A DNA stretch of 32,000 nt from Candidatus Lokiarchaeum ossiferum (GTDB lineage: Archaea; Asgardarchaeota; Lokiarchaeia; Sigyniarchaeales; Promethearchaeaceae), in assembly GCA_025839675.1 (NCBI GenBank), contig CP104013.1:3360001-3392000 (forward strand). Reading direction: 5' to 3'. The notes below the pieces were generated by a model. It saw only the letters and a list, made by a program, of their open reading frames with translations, was not told where the DNA came from and ran no database searches. Below, piece after piece: positions 1 through 8,746 of the stretch. How positions within the stretch are numbered: the first letter of the stretch is position 1; every line of letters begins with the position of its first letter. Made by a program: the position numbers and the translations under genes.

Positions 1-2
1 AT

Positions 3-482
3 ACGCTTAAAGGTGATTTATTATCCATTATTGCTTTCATTTGTTGGGGTAGCTATACCGCATTTTCGAAACCTTTAGCTGTCAAAATTAAACCAAAATA
101 TCTCACAACGTCAGTTCTTATGTTTGGGGGGATATTCTTGTCTGGAATTTCAATTGGAACAGGATTATTTGATCAAGTTAATCAATTAACAACCCTCCAA
201 TGGGTTGTTTTGCTTTATCTCGGATTTATCTGCACAGGATTAGCTTATTTACTTCACATGATTGGACTTAGCGGTCCAGAAGTCAAATCAGAATATATTG
301 CGTATTTTACCCTGATTATGCCCATTATTTCAGCTTCTTTCAGTATTTTATTCCTGGATGAACAATTTAGTTGGCGTATCGGGTTGGGAACGTTTTTCGT
401 ATTTTTATCCGTTATCATAATCCAATATAAAAGAAGAAAACCTTTATCTCAGGATGATAATGCATCAGAATTTCAACTATAA
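3..482 (+). CDS. DMT/EamA-family membrane transporter, C-terminal portion (5' end outside window)
   Basis: The frame is open from the window edge (TLKGDLLSIIAFICWGSYTAFSKPL...) into the listed ORF, with the stop at 480-482. It has successive hydrophobic helices and an EamA-repeat-like pattern (WVVLLYLGFICTGLAYLL ... PIISASFSILFLDEQFSWRIGLG). Confidence 0.6.
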   Translation, partial: TLKGDLLSIIAFICWGSYTAFSKPLAVKIKPKYLTTSVLMFGGIFLSGISIGTGLFDQVNQLTTLQWVVLLYLGFICTGLAYLLHMIGLSGPEVKSEYIAYFTLIMPIISASFSILFLDEQFSWRIGLGTFFVFLSVIIIQYKRRKPLSQDDNASEFQL

Positions 483-503
483 AAAAAATAAAAGATTTCT
501 TTC

Positions 504-1247
504 TTAGTTCTTATTTTTTATTTCAATTGTAATGTTTTTTGTGGAGAGATCTACCATTTTCACCAAAAGGGCGACTCTGGTCTCAGGATTTAATGCATTC
601 CAAAAAGTATCAATGTTTTGTGTAATGTCGTCGAATATCTCTACGACAAAAGGTTCGCCATAAAATGATGGAAGAGGATTCCCATTCGATTTATAGGTCG
701 TGATTGCATGCCCCAGACCTGGAATTGACTTTTTATAATTATAATAATGTCGCAATGCATATTCAGGTTTATTTTGAAATGACTTCAAAATTGACAAGGT
801 GTAACCAACATGTTTTGAACTTGAATATCCAATACCTGAAATTCGGGGGGTAAAATTTGGAGGATCCGGTTCATATTTCCTCATATTTAAAGCATCCTCG
901 AAAGATTTTCCATTTTGTAAGGCTTCATAAATTGTTTCCGTTTGATCTCCATTCGAAATAATGTGCCAATCTTGGAGATGTTTGATCGGAAAATAAATTA
1001 TTAATGAAGGATCAGTTAATTTTGATTCGTCAAAGGCTTTAGTCCGTACAAAATTTTGCTCATCTTGATAGAAGACACGATTTTGACTATTAACTGATCT
1101 TCCGCCAATCCAGTAGATTTGAATGAGGGATTGCCCATTCGGAGATCTTCCAATAATCAATCCTCGACCAGAATAGGCATTGGCTTTAAGAGATTTGAGG
1201 TTAGTAATTGGATTTTCATTAAAGATATGTTGTTCTGGAAAACTCAT
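504..1247 (-). CDS. purO: IMP cyclohydrolase, archaeal PurO-like
   Basis: 247 aa ORF. It carries PurO-family hallmarks in order: YSGRGLIIGRSPNG, GGRSVNSQNR, DPSLIIY, ISNGDQTE, YEPDPPNFTPRISG. Confidence 0.7.
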   Translation of the reverse strand: MSFPEQHIFNENPITNLKSLKANAYSGRGLIIGRSPNGQSLIQIYWIGGRSVNSQNRVFYQDEQNFVRTKAFDESKLTDPSLIIYFPIKHLQDWHIISNGDQTETIYEALQNGKSFEDALNMRKYEPDPPNFTPRISGIGYSSSKHVGYTLSILKSFQNKPEYALRHYYNYKKSIPGLGHAITTYKSNGNPLPSFYGEPFVVEIFDDITQNIDTFWNALNPETRVALLVKMVDLSTKNITIEIKNKN

Positions 1248-1332
1248 GAGAATTTAAAGTAAATATCAATATGTATTAGACTTTATTATGATGGAAAAAA
1301 AAGATCGTTGTAAATAGTTTTCTAAAACAGAA

Positions 1333-2508
1333 TTATAATTTACCCAAAACAGCCAGTTTGAGGATTTTTTTGTAGCGTTCGCTTTCAATTAAATAGAGGA
1401 TCGAGGGAGAAATAAAATCAACCGCTTGGAATACACGGCGGATTTCTTGAGCAAATCGAATTTTCTCGGGATCGATGACAAAGTCCGAAGCCCGCGCTGA
1501 TTGAACTGTTTCAATCCACTTCACGGGATTTTTTTGTTCCATAATCCCATCCAAAGCATAAATTCCTAAATCTGTTAATCCTGCAGCTAATAATGCACTA
1601 GCCTCCATTTTATACAATTTAGGATCCGTTTGAACTGCTCGAACATCTGCGACTCCCAGATTTGTTATGCCTAATGTAATGGAAGCTTTTTCTGCTCCAT
1701 ATTTTTCCACAAATTCTTTGGCATAGACATGTATCAAATGCCGATAATCCTCATGAGATACAATCCCTTTCGATGCAGAAACATAATCTGTGTTAAAGAT
1801 CATATAGTTGATTTGATCCCAATCCACTGTTGAAACCGGCACTGTCATAAAATCTTGAATCCGGAAATCACCATCAACATGGTCCTCATAAGCTAAGGGT
1901 AATGCAACCGCAATTGCCTTCGTACCGTATTCATGCATCATTTCTTGCATCGCGGTAAATTTTGCAAAGGAAGCTTCAAATCGTTCTTTATTCATGTTCG
2001 TTTTGACCGTTTTTATAAAGCCATTGATACCCGCCAGCTTGTCCAATCCCGTTTTTTCTTTTATTTTTTTCCAAATTTTCTTCTTTTTCCGTTTTGATTT
2101 CACTTTATCTGTTTCCTTGCGGATTTTCTCGGCGATTTTTGCTTCTTTTGGATCGGTAGGGGGTTCTAAATCTACTAATACTCCTTCGGGGATCGCGAAA
2201 CCATGATCTTTATACCATTCCAAAAGATTTTGGACTAAAGCATGGAATAATTCGACCGTGATTTCATTGGCATAATAGCCATCTTCCACATCCAGTAAAG
2301 GCCATGGAATCATATGTCCCTCAATTCCTAGGTCGCGGAATTTTTCCATCATTTGTAGAAAATCTTCCCCTTCCAGATCCTTTGGAAGAATTCTCATTGC
2401 GCAATAGGTCCCTGTTTTTGCCAGTACGTCAATTGCACCCTTCTCTATCATTTGGTGTGGGGTTAAAAATTCCACAGGAAAAATTATTCGATTAAATTGT
2501 TCAACCAT
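1333..2508 (-). CDS. Hypothetical protein, enzyme-like (possibly a TIM-barrel hydrolase-like fold), with an internal lysine-rich insert
   Basis: 391 aa intact ORF with an ATG start. I recognise no diagnostic motif. Residues ~121-157 are extremely basic (KEAKIAEKIRKETDKVKSKRKKKKIWKKIKEK). The antisense ORFs at 1994-2206 and 2304-2495 are shadows. Confidence 0.55.
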   Translation of the reverse strand: MVEQFNRIIFPVEFLTPHQMIEKGAIDVLAKTGTYCAMRILPKDLEGEDFLQMMEKFRDLGIEGHMIPWPLLDVEDGYYANEITVELFHALVQNLLEWYKDHGFAIPEGVLVDLEPPTDPKEAKIAEKIRKETDKVKSKRKKKKIWKKIKEKTGLDKLAGINGFIKTVKTNMNKERFEASFAKFTAMQEMMHEYGTKAIAVALPLAYEDHVDGDFRIQDFMTVPVSTVDWDQINYMIFNTDYVSASKGIVSHEDYRHLIHVYAKEFVEKYGAEKASITLGITNLGVADVRAVQTDPKLYKMEASALLAAGLTDLGIYALDGIMEQKNPVKWIETVQSARASDFVIDPEKIRFAQEIRRVFQAVDFISPSILYLIESERYKKILKLAVLGKL

Positions 2509-2539
2509 GTTAAATTAAGCCTATATTTATTTTGTGAAG

Positions 2540-3460
2540 TTAGTTTTGCAACCAAAAAAGGATCCGAGCCATGAGAGGGGCTTGATTTCCAGCGAATTCA
2601 TGACCTCCTTGATCAAAAACCATACAATTAACATCAGGTAATCGCATTTGAAACTTATTATGCTCAAAATTTTCTTTGAACAACACAACATTATCGTTTT
2701 TTGAATGGGCAAGAAAAATACGATTTCCATATGAGACTTCCTCCTTGATTTGACACACTGGGGATTCTTCATGAAATGCGGTTAAGAATGCTTCTTCGTC
2801 AGGAATGTGACGTACAACTGATTTGTAAAGCATGCGTTTAAAAAAAGACCCTTGCTTGAAGTGTTGTTCAAACATGACTCGCGAATCATGGGGGGCACAT
2901 AGGGCAATAATTTTCCCGACCCGTTCTTCATGAAGAAGTTGCGATAAAACCATAGAACCTCCAAAGGAAGCTCCGATAGCGAAAATATGTTGTTGATCCA
3001 CTCCGATGTGATTATATACCCATTCAAAGGCGAAAGGAACATCTTGGTAAACCCGATGAACGAACGATTCACTCAAAGTTTTCAAAATATGTGGTTCTCC
3101 TGCTATTCGAGAATTTCCAGAAGCACGAAAATCATACGCAAAAACTCGATACCCTGCAAGGCATAAAGAACTTAAAAATACTTCAAAATTATAATCTTGG
3201 GCAAATCCTCCGAGTCCATGAAAGAAAATGATACTGGGAGCGGTTTCGGGAGTCACATCAGAAGAATATATGTAACCTTGCAATTCGCGACCATCATCCA
3301 TCAAGATTTTCTCTTGTTTACGCGTAATTTGTTGGGATTGCACCCAATGTTGCTTATTTTTTTCTATTCTTCGGATTCGCATTCCATGAAATACAGATTT
3401 TTGTAACTTTTCTATCAATATTCCACTGAGTATCCCCCCCAAAAATGAAATCAATGCCAT
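2540..3460 (-). CDS. Alpha/beta-fold hydrolase with N-terminal membrane anchor
   Basis: 306 aa with an N-terminal hydrophobic helix (MALISFLGGILSGILI). It has an oxyanion-type FFHGLGGF, a nucleophile elbow GASFGG (GxSxG), and a late GGHEF histidine. Confidence 0.75.
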   Translation of the reverse strand: MALISFLGGILSGILIEKLQKSVFHGMRIRRIEKNKQHWVQSQQITRKQEKILMDDGRELQGYIYSSDVTPETAPSIIFFHGLGGFAQDYNFEVFLSSLCLAGYRVFAYDFRASGNSRIAGEPHILKTLSESFVHRVYQDVPFAFEWVYNHIGVDQQHIFAIGASFGGSMVLSQLLHEERVGKIIALCAPHDSRVMFEQHFKQGSFFKRMLYKSVVRHIPDEEAFLTAFHEESPVCQIKEEVSYGNRIFLAHSKNDNVVLFKENFEHNKFQMRLPDVNCMVFDQGGHEFAGNQAPLMARILFWLQN

Positions 3461-3541
3461 ATTCTTACTTTTTTACTTATCTTTATTTCCTAATAAGCTC
3501 ATTCATAATATTATAAGAAAAATTATTAATGGGAAATGTAA

Positions 3542-4648
3542 ATGATAATAGAAACAAAACTAGGAAAAAAAACAATCTCAGAAATTTGGCAAGTTCCAAT
3601 GGCTATACAAAAATCTGTTTTCCAAAAGCAAAATCGCGCCCTTATACGTGAGATTTCCCGAGGAATAATTAGTAGTGGATGTGTATCTATCTATATCTTT
3701 GGTTCTGGTACGAGTTATCACGCGGGATTGGTGTCAACCTATTGGTTTTCTCAACTTGCAAAGTTTCCTACCCATTGTGAATTAGCGCCTGAATTTCCTT
3801 ATCTTATTGAACCCATCATAGCTCCAAAGCATGTTGCGATATGTATCAGTCAATCTGGAGAATCCGAATTAACTGTATATTCTGCTCAAAAATCAAAGGA
3901 CAAGGGGGCCCATGTTATCGCTATCACTAATAATGAGTCCAGTACAATTACAAAGATTGCAGGCCATCGGACTTTGGTTACCCAAGCAGGTCCAGAAGAA
4001 AGTATTTTAGCCACCAAAACTTACATCTCTGAATTGGCTGTGTTAGCGGCTTTAGCTATTGATTTGGCTTTCTTGCGAAAAAAAATCTCAGATGATGAAT
4101 ACAATTCTATCTGGGATGAGTTTAAAACAGTCCCCAAATTAATTGAACTAACTTTGCCTCTTTTTCATAAAGAAATTCGCACAATTGCCCCATTTTTCAA
4201 GTTTTCTCGAAATTGTTTTGTTATTGGAGCGGGTCCTGATTATGCTAATTGCATGGAAGCCGCTTTAAAATTAAAGGAAGGTGCTCGAATTTTTTCTCAA
4301 GCTTTTTCTACTGCTGAAACACCTCATGGTCCTATTACTCTTCTTTCAGATCCTCGGGATGCGTTTGTATTATGTATCATTCCGCGACCTGAAGCGGAAT
4401 CCCGACATAAAGATATTGTAAAATTGATTTCTCGATTAAAAAAACGTGGTGTAACTATTTTAGGCATAAAAAATCCTATCGATGACACACTTGACTTGGA
4501 TATTGCAATAGATATTCCAAAATGCAGCGAAATTTTTCACCCTCTCTTTTCCATTATTCCTGTACAGCTTCTCGTAGTAGAAATTGCCACTATCCAAAAT
4601 ATTGATTGCGATCGCCCAAAAGATCTTTCTAAAATATCGTCTCTATAG
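3542..4648 (+). CDS. Double-SIS-domain sugar-phosphate isomerase/deaminase (GlmS isomerase-domain-like, no glutaminase domain)
   Basis: 368 aa. Motifs seen: IFGSGTSYHAG, CISQSGESELT, a second SIS half (VIGAGPDYANCMEAALKLKE), and a GlmS-type C-terminal tail DRPKDLSKISSL. The stop is followed immediately by T6. Confidence 0.75.
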   Translation: MIIETKLGKKTISEIWQVPMAIQKSVFQKQNRALIREISRGIISSGCVSIYIFGSGTSYHAGLVSTYWFSQLAKFPTHCELAPEFPYLIEPIIAPKHVAICISQSGESELTVYSAQKSKDKGAHVIAITNNESSTITKIAGHRTLVTQAGPEESILATKTYISELAVLAALAIDLAFLRKKISDDEYNSIWDEFKTVPKLIELTLPLFHKEIRTIAPFFKFSRNCFVIGAGPDYANCMEAALKLKEGARIFSQAFSTAETPHGPITLLSDPRDAFVLCIIPRPEAESRHKDIVKLISRLKKRGVTILGIKNPIDDTLDLDIAIDIPKCSEIFHPLFSIIPVQLLVVEIATIQNIDCDRPKDLSKISSL

Positions 4649-4654
4649 TTTTTT
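4649..4654 (+). terminator. Oligo-T tract directly after the SIS gene stop (archaeal-type terminator candidate)
   Basis: TTTTTT at 4649-4654, followed by CGTTTT. Confidence 0.3.
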
Positions 4655-4676
4655 CGTTTTGATTTTCAATGGATTT

Positions 4677-4721
4677 GACTGTGATCGCCCTAAAGATCTT
4701 TCTGAAATATCTTCTTTATAG
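4677..4721 (+). pseudogene. Orphan degenerate copy of the last 14 codons plus stop of the upstream SIS gene
   Basis: The 45 nt at 4677-4721 match 4604-4648 at 39/45 positions. Read in its own frame it gives DCDRPKDLSEISSL*, versus DCDRPKDLSKISSL* in the gene. It has no start codon and lies in a different frame from the gene. Confidence 0.6.
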
Positions 4722-4771
4722 CTATTTCATGATAATTTTCTAAATGAGCTTAAAAAAATAAATTAAAAAAG

Positions 4772-6541
4772 TTATTCCCTGGACTGATCCCAGCCCCCAT
4801 TTGCTCGAATCTCTCGTATTTTTTGATTCGCCATATTCTTCAAAGATACATAGTCTACTTTCTCCGAACGATTGAGGGGCATATCATTGTACTCTAAAAT
4901 AATAATGAGGGATGGCCGTTTATAAGCGGCTAATCCCTTGGAAACCGTCTCAACTTCTTCGATTGTAATAGATTTGCCCTTGCGTTTCTCGACAAAGGCA
5001 ATGATCCCCTCCCCGAAGACTTCATGGGGATAGCCAATTAAACCAACTGTCTCGACCTGCTCTTTAAGATTGTCCATCAGAAAACTTTCCACTTCTGGAG
5101 GGTAAACATTGAATCCTTTTGGTTTAATCATTAATTTCGCCCGACCCACAAAATGTAGACCCTTATCATCATAAAACCCTACATCCCCCGTATAACACCA
5201 TCCATCCGTTGAAATCGTCTTTCGTGTATTTTCTTCATCATTTACATAACCCAAAAAGACTTGAGGTCCTGAAAAACAAATTTCTCCGACTTCCCCCTTT
5301 GAAAGTTCGCTACCCGAGGTGCCATCCGGTTCCATTTTTTTACGAATCGTTATTGGAGTAATCGGCATGGCGTAGCCGATTCCTTCAACAATATCATCCA
5401 CACTGCTGTCAATGGGGGTGTATGTTGCCATACCTGATAATTCTGTTAATCCTAGCCCCGATCCCATTTTGGGTGACATAAGATTTAATTTTTCTAAAAA
5501 GGGACGCGACACAGATTGGCCTCCATAAATGGCGAATTTTAGAGAAGAAAGATTATAAGTATTATAATTGGGTAATCTCCATTCTAAATTGAAGAGCGCT
5601 GGAATTTGACCCAGTGCTGTGACCTTATATTTTTGAATAGCTTCTAGGCTTAAATCGGGTTTGAATAAATCCAGAACAATTGCTTTGCCACCGAAGAAGA
5701 AGGTCGTGATCAATTGTTCTGCTTGTCCCCCGACATGGCTCGGAGGCAAGTTAACGAGCATAATCAAATCTTCATAGTGCATATCGAAACCCCAACCCAT
5801 GCATAAATTTTGGGCTGTGATCCCTTGATGCGATAGTAAGGCTGGTTTAGGATATCCGGTGGATCCTGTCGTATAAATTACTTGGCATCCATCTGTTTCC
5901 TGCACATTACTATGATATTGGTTATATTTTGCTGTTAATTCCGTCATTTCAGCTATTTGAGATTTCTTAAATAGATCTTGAGCAGATTTAGCAAATTCCC
6001 AAGCCGAAATAATTTTTTCTTCTCCAAATTCTTCTATCAGTTGATCTGGCTTGCTGAATTGTACAAAGTATTTGACAAAATCCACGTTATCCCGAATAAT
6101 TTCTGTCATTGCGGCGAAATCTGCTACATCTGTTTCTCCTAAATGAAAGTACATTTTCGCTTTAACCAATGTCAAACATCGTACAACTTCAGTTGGTTTT
6201 AATCGAACATCTAAGGGAACATGGATCGCCCCTATTTTGAAACACGCATATTCTAAAAAGATATGTTCGGGGAGAAAAGGCAGAGATGTTGCGATGAAGT
6301 CACCCTTCATAATCCCTAGATCGATTAGCTTCAATGCTAGCGCGGTGGAGTGATCGTCAAATTCCTTCCATGAAAATTCTTGTCCCGTGTTGACAGAAAC
6401 AAATGCAATTTCCTTTGGTTTTTCTTTAGCCCATTTTTCTACTGCTTCATGCACTAAATGGCGGTCAAAATAATCATCTTCATATATTTTCCATGAAATC
6501 ATGGGTACCCCGTGTTCATATTGTGGTTTAATCAATGTCAT
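4772..6541 (-). CDS. AMP-forming acyl-CoA synthetase / adenylate-forming ligase
   Basis: 589 aa. It has the AMP-binding signature YTTGSTGYPKPA, downstream GLTELSG, and YTGDVGFYDDKG ... GRAKLMIKPKGFNVYPPEVE. Its start lies 8 nt after the PIG-L gene stop, so the two are probably operonic. Confidence 0.85.
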   Translation of the reverse strand: MTLIKPQYEHGVPMISWKIYEDDYFDRHLVHEAVEKWAKEKPKEIAFVSVNTGQEFSWKEFDDHSTALALKLIDLGIMKGDFIATSLPFLPEHIFLEYACFKIGAIHVPLDVRLKPTEVVRCLTLVKAKMYFHLGETDVADFAAMTEIIRDNVDFVKYFVQFSKPDQLIEEFGEEKIISAWEFAKSAQDLFKKSQIAEMTELTAKYNQYHSNVQETDGCQVIYTTGSTGYPKPALLSHQGITAQNLCMGWGFDMHYEDLIMLVNLPPSHVGGQAEQLITTFFFGGKAIVLDLFKPDLSLEAIQKYKVTALGQIPALFNLEWRLPNYNTYNLSSLKFAIYGGQSVSRPFLEKLNLMSPKMGSGLGLTELSGMATYTPIDSSVDDIVEGIGYAMPITPITIRKKMEPDGTSGSELSKGEVGEICFSGPQVFLGYVNDEENTRKTISTDGWCYTGDVGFYDDKGLHFVGRAKLMIKPKGFNVYPPEVESFLMDNLKEQVETVGLIGYPHEVFGEGIIAFVEKRKGKSITIEEVETVSKGLAAYKRPSLIIILEYNDMPLNRSEKVDYVSLKNMANQKIREIRANGGWDQSRE

Positions 6542-6549
6542 ATCCTCCT

Positions 6550-7491
6550 TTATTTAAGAAACTCCTTTAGAACTCGTTTTGGTGGAATATATGCTCCGGG
6601 AAATAATTCCTTTAATTCTTGAGCTGAAGGTTGGCGACCATACTCGCATAACTCAAAAGCTTCTGCTTTTTTGATTTTTTTATTTGGAAACCCTTTCTTC
6701 CATAGTTTTCTGTAATCTGAAATAATACGGGAAAACACTGAAATAATCAACATTTCCAAGACTTCTAAACGGTTTTGAACATCATAATCCTCGGGAATTT
6801 GATCCTCAATATTCATGGTCCAAGGTAACCAATCCATCATCTGACTTTCATGATTAATTAAGGCGGCACCTTTCCGCTCATACTCGTCAGTAATGTCGAG
6901 CATCACATTCGGTATGAAAGGGTAGGGTTTTTGAAAATCATCATAAGCATAGCAAATCACGGGCATCTTCCGAGTTTTTGAAATTGGAGTACCGGGACAA
7001 TAATGAGGAACTATCAACATATAACTCGCATCCATAACTAATTGACTGGTATAGCGATGATCGCGGTGATAATCGTTCGGTCGGTGAGTGATAACCAAAT
7101 CAGGATCAAATTCACGAATGATTCTGACTACCTTTTCGGTTTGTTCCCGATTGACATACACATGACCATCATCAATATTTAAGGAAGAATACTCCGCTCC
7201 AAGGATTTTTGCTGAAACTAAGGCTTCTTTTTGGCGAATTGCTGCTAATTCAATTTGATCTTTTTCATAATGTCCTAAATTTCCGTTTGTAACAGAAATA
7301 TACTTGACTTTATGGCCTCGGGATGTGAGCTTATACGCTAAACCTCCGGTTAGAAGGTCTGCATCATCAGGATGGGCACAAATGACCATCACCTTCAAAA
7401 TTGTTTTTGTATTTCCCTCACGAGGATAAATCCAAGAGCAATTTAATGGCCAAATTTGGTCATCATACTCATATTCACTCATAGATAACAT
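6550..7491 (-). CDS. PIG-L/LmbE-family N-acetylglucosaminyl deacetylase
   Basis: 313 aa. Motifs seen: VICAHPDDADLLTGG and HRPNDYHRDH (the zinc-binding His/Asp motifs of the PIG-L family). Confidence 0.75.
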   Translation of the reverse strand: MLSMSEYEYDDQIWPLNCSWIYPREGNTKTILKVMVICAHPDDADLLTGGLAYKLTSRGHKVKYISVTNGNLGHYEKDQIELAAIRQKEALVSAKILGAEYSSLNIDDGHVYVNREQTEKVVRIIREFDPDLVITHRPNDYHRDHRYTSQLVMDASYMLIVPHYCPGTPISKTRKMPVICYAYDDFQKPYPFIPNVMLDITDEYERKGAALINHESQMMDWLPWTMNIEDQIPEDYDVQNRLEVLEMLIISVFSRIISDYRKLWKKGFPNKKIKKAEAFELCEYGRQPSAQELKELFPGAYIPPKRVLKEFLK

Positions 7492-7519
7492 TTCGTGAGA
7501 TCAGAAAATAAATCCTTAT

Positions 7520-8698
7520 ATGAACCAACTTCGAGATTCAATTATGGAAGAACATAAAATTGATGAAAATTCAGATGACGTTCCAAATTTAATTTCTAAA
7601 AATCAATGGAATTCTCCTCGATTACGATGGATTGATCAAGTTCGAGGAGCAATAATGCTTGGATTAGTTCTTACGGTAGCTATTGATGTTGAAATCGAAA
7701 GCGGTTCTGTACTAGAATTCTTCCTTGCTCATGCAGGACGCGAAGCCACCTATATGACTCTGTATGATGTGGGGGCGGCGGCTTTTATTTTTATTATAGG
7801 ATTATCCATGGGTATTGCCTTTAAAAAACGCCAAAAAAGTGTTGGAATTCAAAAATCATTAGTTCATATAGGGATCCGCTTTCTGGCTTTATTCGCGGTT
7901 GGATTTTTAATTGTCATGGCGGATGGAGGGCTAATGCAAGAACGTGATGACCTTATTGTGATTCGATGGGACGTTGTCATTAGCATCGCAGTTACGTATT
8001 TGCTAACAACTCCGTTTTTGTTCATTAAGAAAGTACACCTCAGGTTTCTAGTTGGATTATGCTGGGCAAGTTTATATCAAGTATTGCTCCTTACGACTGG
8101 ATTACGGGCGTATGCAATTGCATCCAATCATGGAGGCATATTTGGAACGCTTTTTGGATATATCGCGATAAGTGTTATGGCATCTGCCATCGGGGAATAT
8201 CTGTATTTTGACTCCACTATTGAAGAAGACAAGAAATATCAGCATGTGCTCATCTTAGGAATATTTTTCCTTGTTTTGGGTGTTCTCATCGCGTTTATTC
8301 CGGGGATGGAAGCGGCCAAACGACAAGTATCATTAACTTACGTTATTATTTCTTGTGGGGTGACTATATTGGGGATGAATATCTTTATATTTTTTGATCG
8401 GAAGAAGAATTTGGAATTATCCTATTTGCGTGCTTATGGGGTTAATCCTTTTCTGATGTACTTTTTGGCCGAGATTCCCAGTTTTCTGATTGAACAGTTT
8501 ATTGGCACAGATCTGGGGATCACTCCGGAAATTATTGGAAATTTAATTTTGACAGTGATTTTACTGGGGGTTACTTCATTTATTGCAATTTTCACTTATA
8601 AAAAGAAAAAAATTATTCCAACCGAGAAAATCGCAGGTCTCGGATTTGTGTTTTTGGTAATCCTTGTAATTATTTTGCTATTGACGGGAAATCTATAG
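7520..8698 (+). CDS. Polytopic membrane acyltransferase-like protein (HGSNAT/DUF1624-like)
   Basis: 392 aa with about 10 hydrophobic helices. The N-terminal RLRWIDQVRGAIMLGLVL resembles the R-L-x-x-L-D-x-x-RG signature of the heparan-alpha-glucosaminide N-acetyltransferase-like family. It is followed by a YDVGAAAFIFIIGLSMGIAFKKR-type segment. Confidence 0.5.
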   Translation: MNQLRDSIMEEHKIDENSDDVPNLISKNQWNSPRLRWIDQVRGAIMLGLVLTVAIDVEIESGSVLEFFLAHAGREATYMTLYDVGAAAFIFIIGLSMGIAFKKRQKSVGIQKSLVHIGIRFLALFAVGFLIVMADGGLMQERDDLIVIRWDVVISIAVTYLLTTPFLFIKKVHLRFLVGLCWASLYQVLLLTTGLRAYAIASNHGGIFGTLFGYIAISVMASAIGEYLYFDSTIEEDKKYQHVLILGIFFLVLGVLIAFIPGMEAAKRQVSLTYVIISCGVTILGMNIFIFFDRKKNLELSYLRAYGVNPFLMYFLAEIPSFLIEQFIGTDLGITPEIIGNLILTVILLGVTSFIAIFTYKKKKIIPTEKIAGLGFVFLVILVIILLLTGNL

Positions 8699-8746
8699 AA
8701 TTTTTTTTAAGTAATCTAACAAAATTGATAAAATCTTAGGATAAAC

